From an uncultured virus (IMG/VR IMGVR_UViG_3300025098_000017) (Duplodnaviria > Heunggongvirae > Uroviricota > Caudoviricetes > Kyanoviridae): DNA of 60,486 nucleotides. The notes beneath the pieces are model-generated. The model made no database searches. It was not told the origin of the DNA and saw nothing but the letters and a program-made list of their open reading frames with translations. The translations under genes were made by a program, and so were the position numbers. Shown here in pieces: positions 47,158 to 52,933 of the stretch (its first letter is position 1; each line of letters begins with the position of its first letter). The stretch is taken from the IMG/VR virus record IMGVR_UViG_3300025098_000017; one strand, written 5' to 3'.

Positions 47158-47739
47158 TTATGCCCAAGTGAGTTTGCTCTCGTAATCCCAGGCATAAACC
47201 TCGCGATTACCTTTGATGCCCCATCCCAACCAGTAGTAGGCAGGAACCATGTACTGTGAGATGGACTGACCACGACCCTCAAACTCAGGAAGGTGGCGTT
47301 GGAAGATTGGTTCATTAATCATCCAACGAACCTGACCTTCAAGTGAAGATGGGTCGCACGAGAACTTGTTACAGAACGTTCCAAGACCGTTGTAGCGACC
47401 GATAGAAGTCCATTGAATCAAACCATACCCACCACTAAGGCAATTCTCATAAGAGACACGAGCACCACCCTCACAGATGTTAGGGATAAACTTACTCTCC
47501 TGCTTGATGTTTCCCATCAGCGTAGCGAGAGCATTCTTATCAGTAATCTTAGTATTCTCCTGAAGTGCTTTCAGGACATACTGCTCTTCAACAGAGCAAG
47601 TAGGACACTGCCATGATGGGTCTGGTTCTACTACTTCAGCAACTCCCTCAGGAAGGGGTGGTGCCTCTGGAAGAGTCATTAGAAATGGTGCTGCCACTGC
47701 GACTACTGCAGCTGCGATAGGATACGACATGGATTTCAT
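47158..47739 (-). CDS. phage tail-type lysozyme-like protein with N-terminal signal/anchor
   Basis: ALATLMGNIKQES, GYGLIQWT, L.GQ..WM. Confidence 0.7.
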   Translation of the reverse strand: MKSMSYPIAAAVVAVAAPFLMTLPEAPPLPEGVAEVVEPDPSWQCPTCSVEEQYVLKALQENTKITDKNALATLMGNIKQESKFIPNICEGGARVSYENCLSGGYGLIQWTSIGRYNGLGTFCNKFSCDPSSLEGQVRWMINEPIFQRHLPEFEGRGQSISQYMVPAYYWLGWGIKGNREVYAWDYESKLTWA

Positions 47740-47751
47740 CAGAACCTCACT

Positions 47752-47780
47752 ACTATATCACATAAAAAAAGGGGTGTCAA
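47752..47780 (-). promoter_or_regulatory. sigma70-type promoter TTGACA-N17-TATAGT embedded in the terminator 3' arm
   Basis: Read directly. Confidence 0.65.
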
Positions 47781-47804
47781 CTGGATTGTGCCAGTTACCC
47801 CTTT
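47764..47804 (-). terminator. rho-independent terminator
   Basis: AAAGGGGTAACTGG-CACAAT-CCAGTTGACACCCCTTTTTTT. Confidence 0.75.
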
Positions 47805-47827
47805 GTCTAAGCGACGACGATATGCTT

Positions 47828-47974
47828 TTATTTAGTCTTTTTTATTTGTATGATAATACGATCGTTCTCATAGTCTGCTTTAAATTCGAGTTCTGCATCG
47901 TGTGACCAACATAGTTCTTCATAAAGCATGTTCAGAGTTTCCATATCTTCGTAGAGGGCATTTGGGTTAGTCAA
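47828..47974 (-). CDS. small hypothetical protein (48 aa, MTNPNALYEDMETLNMLYEELCW...)
   Basis: Translated by hand; TTG start with GGGAG SD. Confidence 0.6.
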   Translation of the reverse strand: MTNPNALYEDMETLNMLYEELCWSHDAELEFKADYENDRIIIQIKKTK

Positions 47975-47999
47975 CAATCTCTCCCGAAAAATGTATTTA

Positions 48000-48107
48000 T
48001 CACCAAATACCAGGAATGATTTGTCCTGTCAAGGCATATGCCCCGAGTGCTGCAACGACTCCGATCATTGCTGCCCAACCGTTGATGCGTTCTGCGTTTT
48101 CGTTCAT
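48000..48107 (-). CDS. hli: high-light inducible protein (35 aa)
   Basis: MNENAERINGWAAMIGVVAALGAYALTGQIIPGIW: AExxNGxxAMxG and TGQIIPGIW motifs. Confidence 0.95.
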   Translation of the reverse strand: MNENAERINGWAAMIGVVAALGAYALTGQIIPGIW

Positions 48108-48136
48108 TGTTTTGTCCTTAGATAGAGTTGAATTGA

Positions 48137-48355
48137 TTAGATGCCGAAGGCACCAAAGAAAAATACACTGCCAGTAGTCGCATAAGAAATCACTGCTGCA
48201 GCAAATCCAATCATAGCGGTACGACCATTGAGTTTTTCTGCTCTTTCAGCATAGGTCTCAATGCCATATCTGTCAAGGGATTCCTTTGACATATACATGG
48301 TGGGTTCTTTAGCGAACAAGTTTTGTTGTCCTTGCTCGTTGGTTGTTACAGTCAT
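48137..48355 (-). CDS. hli: high-light inducible protein
   Basis: N.FAKEP.M; AEKLNGRTAMIGF. Confidence 0.92.
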   Translation of the reverse strand: MTVTTNEQGQQNLFAKEPTMYMSKESLDRYGIETYAERAEKLNGRTAMIGFAAAVISYATTGSVFFFGAFGI

Positions 48356-48381
48356 TTCCTTTTGTAAAGATTTATGTCCTA

Positions 48382-48410
48382 ATTATATAGGAAAGATTAA
48401 GAGTTGTCAA
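48382..48410 (-). promoter_or_regulatory. perfect sigma70 consensus promoter TTGACA-N17-TATAAT for the hli genes
   Basis: Exact consensus. Confidence 0.85.
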
Positions 48411-48442
48411 GTGTTTTCAAATATTAAGATTTGAAATGACAT

Positions 48443-48468
48443 AAAAAAGGACTCGTGATGAGTCCTTT
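48443..48468 (-). terminator. rho-independent terminator
   Basis: AAAGGACTC-ATCAC-GAGTCCTTT TTT. Confidence 0.8.
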
Positions 48469-48580
48469 AGGTCTTGTCATGCACGCCACTTGTTCTTTAG
48501 GAAAAACAAGAAACCTTTTCTATATGCGACTGTCATCCAGTCAAAAAACCATCTAGTTTAGAGTCTATTGGCAAAGACTA
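48469..48580 (-). ncRNA. candidate structured, pseudoknotted RNA (3' module resembles the cyanophage wcaG-type motif)
   Basis: Four hairpins, a closing GGTTTT/AAGACC stem and loop-distal pairings TGCCA/TGGCG and AGG/CCT. Confidence 0.5.
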
Positions 48581-48862
48581 GGAGAATGTAATCACATCAG
48601 TTCCCTGACTAAAACCCCCAAGTCCAATATCAACAGGTTGTGCTGCTTGAGTAGGATACTCAGAGTCATACATTTCCATCACACGATCGATACCATCCAA
48701 CTTAAAAGAAAGATTACTCTCTTTTGGTAGTTGGCGTTGAATTGCTTTCACACCTTGATAGTGACGCCAGATTTCCATCTGAAGACCAGGGTCAACATCA
48801 TTTTCCATAGCGTCTTTGACGCATTCTTCGAGGGCTTTAATTGCTTTCTGATAGGGATTCAT
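48578..48862 (-). CDS. hypothetical protein
   Basis: ATGA coupling at 48859-48862; E.WRHYQG; ends DVITFS. Confidence 0.6.
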   Translation of the reverse strand: MNPYQKAIKALEECVKDAMENDVDPGLQMEIWRHYQGVKAIQRQLPKESNLSFKLDGIDRVMEMYDSEYPTQAAQPVDIGLGGFSQGTDVITFS

Positions 48863-49113
48863 GGTTTTACTGAGTCGCGAATGTAACATGGAACACCTGC
48901 AGGGTCTAACCATTTGGTGTATTCAAAGTCTTCCATAGCAAGAGTGATTTGCATACCATTGTCACAGAGATACATGTCTTTGTAACGCTTGGTCCACTCA
49001 TCAAACTTTTGGATTCGGTAGTCGGGGAACCCGTTGTCGAGTTCCCCAACAGAGACATACCGATAAGGTGAGCGTTCAAGAAGAACTTTAGGAAGATTTT
49101 TCACTGGAGTCAT
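48859..49113 (-). CDS. conserved hypothetical cyanophage protein
   Basis: PYRYV.VG.L.NG.PDYRIQK...DMYLCDN.MQ...AMEDFEY.KWLDP. Confidence 0.7.
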   Translation of the reverse strand: MTPVKNLPKVLLERSPYRYVSVGELDNGFPDYRIQKFDEWTKRYKDMYLCDNGMQITLAMEDFEYTKWLDPAGVPCYIRDSVKP

Positions 49114-49315
49114 AATAAAATAAGTCTTGTTCAAGTTTAGTTAGGAGGATATCATAATCCTCATCTACATCACCATAGAAATCGACACCTTTCTCCTCAT
49201 AGTATTTCAGTACCTGATTATAAATGGTAGGGTACTCGGTGTCGAGTGTCACTTGTCTGTCAACGGATTCGTAAAGAATTTCGAGACAGGAAGAAAACTT
49301 CTGTGCTGTAGTCAT
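49088..49315 (-). CDS. hypothetical protein
   Basis: Acidic 75-aa ORF with GAGG SD. Confidence 0.6.
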   Translation of the reverse strand: MTTAQKFSSCLEILYESVDRQVTLDTEYPTIYNQVLKYYEEKGVDFYGDVDEDYDILLTKLEQDLFYYDSSEKSS

Positions 49316-49353
49316 GTACTTTCCTCAAGTAGACCGTATGCCCCGAAGGGCAA

Positions 49354-49427
49354 CGGGTCAGGCAGGACTCGAACCTGCGACCGACTGCTTAGAAGGCAGT
49401 TGCTCTATCCATCTGAGCTACTGACCC
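49354..49427 (-). tRNA. trnR: tRNA-Arg(TCT), no encoded CCA
   Basis: GGGTCAG TAGCTCAGATGGATAGAGC A ACTGC CTTCTAA GCAGT ... GCAGG TTCGAGT CCTGC CTGACCC G. Confidence 0.95.
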
Positions 49428-49541
49428 AGTGATAGTCTTAGGTTCTTCCAATTCCAATTCAGCAAAATGATGCAACTGGTCAACAAATAAGTCGAACAGT
49501 GCGTCTTCGTTACTCAATCCTTCGTAGAACTCTGTGTTCAT
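49389..49541 (-). CDS. small acidic hypothetical protein (50 aa) ending in the tRNA-Arg anticodon loop
   Basis: AAGGAG SD; MNTEFYEGLSNEDALFDLFVDQLHHFAELELEEPKTITGSVAQMDRATAF. Confidence 0.6.
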   Translation of the reverse strand: MNTEFYEGLSNEDALFDLFVDQLHHFAELELEEPKTITGSVAQMDRATAF

Positions 49542-49565
49542 GTGGAACTCCTTGACTACCCTGTA

Positions 49566-49594
49566 ATTATAGCAGACGACTCAGCGAGCGTCAA
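49566..49594 (-). promoter_or_regulatory. sigma70-type promoter TTGACG-N17-TATAAT
   Basis: Read directly. Confidence 0.8.
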
Positions 49595-50064
49595 GCGTCA
49601 GGTGTGCCAGTTTTGAAATAGTCTTTACGCATGTACCGACCAAGGATGTTTGAGTTGTAAAATGCTGGTGTGCCATCTTCAAATGCCTCCGTAAGTACAT
49701 TATTGAGAAATAATTGTCGGGTCTCTTCAAAGTTTGTGAGTCCCTTGGTGTTATGTAGGCTGATTATATCCCGCTTATAGGCAAGATTCCCGAACCGCTT
49801 GCGTTCTTCAGTAAGTTCAGCAGAACTTCCGTAGTATCTTTTCCAGTCGCTTTCACTCTTAACTCGCCTGCCTCCAGTTCTAGGCTTTCGTAATTGGTGG
49901 AAGTATTTTCTACCGATGTATCTTTTCCCAGTGAGACTATTTGTAATACAATAGACAAACCCATAATGATTGTCAATGTCCTTAGATAGAAAAGGTTGTC
50001 CATCATAAATCCAGGGGTTTTCATACTCAGTTTCATTTTCATTAGTCGGTTTCTCCGTCGTCAT
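49591..50064 (-). CDS. GIY-YIG family endonuclease-like protein
   Basis: YGFVYCITN..TGKRYIGRK...YYGSS...E...FYN.NI. Confidence 0.75.
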   Translation of the reverse strand: MTTEKPTNENETEYENPWIYDGQPFLSKDIDNHYGFVYCITNSLTGKRYIGRKYFHQLRKPRTGGRRVKSESDWKRYYGSSAELTEERKRFGNLAYKRDIISLHNTKGLTNFEETRQLFLNNVLTEAFEDGTPAFYNSNILGRYMRKDYFKTGTPDA

Positions 50065-50194
50065 CGTATGTGTGTACTCGTCTCACATTCTCACTATCTA
50101 GGTAAGATTCTGCATCGGAGTAAACTTCTGCCTTGAGGTAAGTAAGAGCAACTTCAAGGTCATGTATCAAGACTTTTAAATTATTTCTATTCAT
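50042..50194 (-). CDS. small hypothetical protein (50 aa, MNRNNLKVLIHDLEVALTYLKAEVYSD...)
   Basis: Translated by hand; ATGA coupling. Confidence 0.6.
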   Translation of the reverse strand: MNRNNLKVLIHDLEVALTYLKAEVYSDAESYLDSENVRRVHTYDDDGETD

Positions 50195-50358
50195 ACTCGA
50201 TATTCTTGTAGGACTTTTAGAACTTCATTATAAGCATGGTGGGCACCATCATACCATTGCCCAGTTTTACCTGTATGATCCTCCATTTCATATAACTCTG
50301 ACTTTAGTTTATAAAGACGAGCTTCCATATCAATCTTAAGCATTTGTGACCTAGGCAT
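50191..50358 (-). CDS. hypothetical protein
   Basis: TAATG coupling to talC; start at MPRSQ. Confidence 0.6.
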   Translation of the reverse strand: MPRSQMLKIDMEARLYKLKSELYEMEDHTGKTGQWYDGAHHAYNEVLKVLQEYRV

Positions 50359-51014
50359 TAGATTTTCTCTTGTAGTGATGTCCAATCTTTATCAAACTGT
50401 TCTAAACCTTTGTCGGTAAGAATATGCTTGTAGAGTTGATAGAACATAGGTAGTGGGATTGTACAAATATCAGCACCTACTCTAAAGGCATCTGATACTT
50501 GAATAGGGTCTCTGATAGATGCTGCAAGGATTTCAGTTTTGACCTGATGAGTTGCAAATACATCTGCAATCTGTTCAATTAAATAAATTCCATTCCAATG
50601 CTGGTCAAATACTCTACCAACGAATGGCGAAACATATTTGGCACCTGCTTTTGCAGCAAGGATTGCTTGTGCTGTACTGAAGATAAGTGTAACGTTTACA
50701 TGTACATCTTCGTTTGCAAGTTCCCTGCACACTTTCAGTCCTTCGACTGTGCATGGTACTTTGATTGTAATATTAGGTCCGATATCCAAATACTCTGCTG
50801 CCATATCAAGCATCTCTTCTGCAGTATCTCCAACTACTTCAGCAGATACTGAAGAATTCCATGGAAAGATTGCCGAGATCTCTTTGATAATGTGCTTAGG
50901 ATTTTCACCTGCTTTCAACATGAGACTGGGGTTTGTTGTAACTCCGTCGATTAGTCCAGTCTCGAATGCAGCAGAAATAAGTTCTGGGTCGGAACAGTCC
51001 AGAAAAAGTTTCAT
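50358..51014 (-). CDS. talC: transaldolase (TalC/FSA family)
   Basis: MKLFLD, DGVTTNPSL, IKVP, NVTLIFS, YVSPFVGR, ILAASIR. Confidence 0.95.
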   Translation of the reverse strand: MKLFLDCSDPELISAAFETGLIDGVTTNPSLMLKAGENPKHIIKEISAIFPWNSSVSAEVVGDTAEEMLDMAAEYLDIGPNITIKVPCTVEGLKVCRELANEDVHVNVTLIFSTAQAILAAKAGAKYVSPFVGRVFDQHWNGIYLIEQIADVFATHQVKTEILAASIRDPIQVSDAFRVGADICTIPLPMFYQLYKHILTDKGLEQFDKDWTSLQEKI

Positions 51015-51049
51015 GACTCTCCTTATAGGTTGTCAGTATTTATTATACT

Positions 51050-51074
51050 AAAAAAGCACCCGTATGGGTGCTTT
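51050..51074 (-). terminator. rho-independent terminator
   Basis: AAAGCACCC-ATAC-GGGTGCTTT TTT. Confidence 0.85.
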
Positions 51075-51097
51075 GTGTTCATTTTACAATAATGAAA

Positions 51098-51241
51098 TCA
51101 ACTTTGTGAAGCAAACTTCTTCTCAACTTTGATACCACGATACATTAGATTGTGATTACGTTGAGCAGTTTGCTCTGAAAGAACCTTTGCTTTGTAGCTT
51201 TCTGCGTCATACTTGACGCCACGATAAGTGATCTGTGTCAT
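51098..51241 (-). CDS. DUF4278-like small protein (47 aa)
   Basis: MTQITYRGVKYDAESYKAKVLSEQTAQRNHNLMYRGIKVEKKFASQS: doubled YRG motif; AGGAG SD. Confidence 0.8.
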   Translation of the reverse strand: MTQITYRGVKYDAESYKAKVLSEQTAQRNHNLMYRGIKVEKKFASQS

Positions 51242-51275
51242 GTTGTTACTCCTGAAGATAGGGTGGTTTATTCCC

Positions 51276-51499
51276 CCGTTCCTTCAGTCGTGTGCGTCCC
51301 ATGGGTAGCAATCAGGGGTTGATTCCTTCATGACCTCAATTAATTCCACCTTATATTCGGTAGGAATATTCTCATTTGTTCTCATCCGAAGCATAATTGC
51401 ATCAGCTTGAGCACATGTGAGTGATGAATAGAATAATAATTCAATCATGGGATGAACGCTCCGTTCCGCGACTTACTTGCGTCCCCGAAGGGATGAACG
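51276..51499 (-). ncRNA. doubled glutamine-riboswitch-like element (glnA/Downstream-peptide type)
   Basis: Two CGTTCA-TCCC...GGGA-CGCA units and two GGAACG; E-loop AGTA/GAA; AGTCG/CGACT stem; upstream of a YRG peptide gene. Confidence 0.75.
51284..51448 (-). CDS. small protein (54 aa) encoded within the riboswitch-like element
   Basis: MIELLFYSSLTCAQADAIMLRMRTNENIPTEYKVELIEVMKESTPDCYPWDAHD; GGAG about 10 nt upstream. Confidence 0.6.
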   Translation of the reverse strand: MIELLFYSSLTCAQADAIMLRMRTNENIPTEYKVELIEVMKESTPDCYPWDAHD

Positions 51500-51526
51500 T
51501 AAGATGTGATGAATTCATCACAATAC

Positions 51527-51534
51527 TATTTATA
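51527..51534 (-). promoter_or_regulatory. T4-type late promoter TATAAATA
   Basis: Exact consensus about 28 nt upstream of the riboswitch-like element. Confidence 0.75.
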
Positions 51535-51558
51535 GCATAAAACATTTTATTTGGTAGT

Positions 51559-51858
51559 TCAGTCTGATACACTTTGTCTTTTATTTAGATATCTTTCAGA
51601 TTCCACGTCAGTGATAAGAGTCATACCACTATCAATGAAGTCTTGACTTTGGTCAACACCATGCCTAGTGTTACGCTCCATTTGCTGACGCTGTTTCCTC
51701 TTTTCGTTATCCCACATAACTTCGGCAAGAGGATTACCCTCTTGTCCTGCCTCAGTTAACATCTCATCATAGAGAGAATCCAGCGAAGGAGTCTGATTTG
51801 ACATCTTGTTTGATTCCGCCGATGACATAGCTTTCAATCTCCGTTTCTTGGGGTGCAT
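51559..51858 (-). CDS. hypothetical protein (true start probably near the nrdB stop)
   Basis: QDFIDSGMTLITD..S.RYL; start uncertain. Confidence 0.5.
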   Translation of the reverse strand: MHPKKRRLKAMSSAESNKMSNQTPSLDSLYDEMLTEAGQEGNPLAEVMWDNEKRKQRQQMERNTRHGVDQSQDFIDSGMTLITDVESERYLNKRQSVSD

Positions 51859-52933
51859 TTTGTTGTCCCTTACTATTTAACCAAAACTCTGTCCAGGGTA
51901 ATGGGTTATTCTTAGCAGGAATATCGAACATTGGTTTGATACCAATCGCTTTCATACGACGATTGGCAATCCACTCAACGTAATTGTGTAGTAGGCGTTC
52001 GTTAAGACCGATCATAGAACCGTTCTTAAACAAATAATCTGCCCACAGTTTTTCTTCGTCTACAGCACGTTGGAACATGCTCTTAACATAACCTAACTCT
52101 TCATTTGCAATCTTTTGCATCTCGGGGTCATCGCCTTCTTCCCACTTACGAAGAATATTTTGAGTGAGATTCAAGTGCTGAGATTCATCACGAGCAATTA
52201 ATGAAAGAATCTTTGCGCTGCCTTCCATGAGTTTGTTCTCACCGAAAGCAAATGAACATGCGAAACTAACATAGAAACGAATACCCTCAAGGATATTCAC
52301 GTTAGCAACTGCACGATACAATTTACGCTTCAGTTCTATTCTATCATACTGCCCTGTATAATGTCCATCTTTTGCCAGTTCCCACATAGTTCCATTGTCA
52401 TACTGATGAGCATGATTAATAAACTCATCATAAGATTCGGTAACCGATGATGCACGAGAGAGAATCTTCTCATCATCTAAGATAGTATCAAAGACCTCTG
52501 TAGGGTCAGAGTATACGTTCTTAATGATGTAAGTATAGGAGCGACTATGAATCATCTCCATGAACTGCCACACATTCATACATGCTTCTAACTCAGGTAG
52601 TGAACAGTAAGGGCTAAAAGCCATCCCAGGACCACGCCCTTGTACGCTATCCAACATGATTTGGTATTTAAGGTTACTAGTGAAGATGTGCTTCTGCTCT
52701 GGCGATAGAGTTTGGTAATCTGCACGGTCTTTCTGTAGTGATACTTCTTCTGGTCTCCAAAAATAACCCAGTTGTTGCTGAGTTAGTTTGTCAAACACAG
52801 GATACTTATAGGAGTCATATCTCTGAACTCCTAGTGGTTGCCCAAAGAACATTGGTTGTTTCTTTGTGTCTACTTTGTTGCTGTTAAATACGGTCATTCC
52901 TTTAACTTCAGATCTTGCAGGATTCACAGTCAT
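51767..52933 (-). CDS. nrdB: ribonucleotide reductase class Ia beta subunit
   Basis: FWRPEEV, QIMLDSVQG, EMIHSRSYT, LEGIRFY.SF, RDESQH, APQETEI.SY. Confidence 0.97.
   Translation of the reverse strand: MTVNPARSEVKGMTVFNSNKVDTKKQPMFFGQPLGVQRYDSYKYPVFDKLTQQQLGYFWRPEEVSLQKDRADYQTLSPEQKHIFTSNLKYQIMLDSVQGRGPGMAFSPYCSLPELEACMNVWQFMEMIHSRSYTYIIKNVYSDPTEVFDTILDDEKILSRASSVTESYDEFINHAHQYDNGTMWELAKDGHYTGQYDRIELKRKLYRAVANVNILEGIRFYVSFACSFAFGENKLMEGSAKILSLIARDESQHLNLTQNILRKWEEGDDPEMQKIANEELGYVKSMFQRAVDEEKLWADYLFKNGSMIGLNERLLHNYVEWIANRRMKAIGIKPMFDIPAKNNPLPWTEFWLNSKGQQNAPQETEIESYVIGGIKQDVKSDSFAGFSL

Noticed and set aside
49591..50064. Mobile homing element call for the GIY-YIG gene
   Set aside because: Short, with no evident DNA-binding extension and no interrupted target; cannot be supported as mobile from sequence alone
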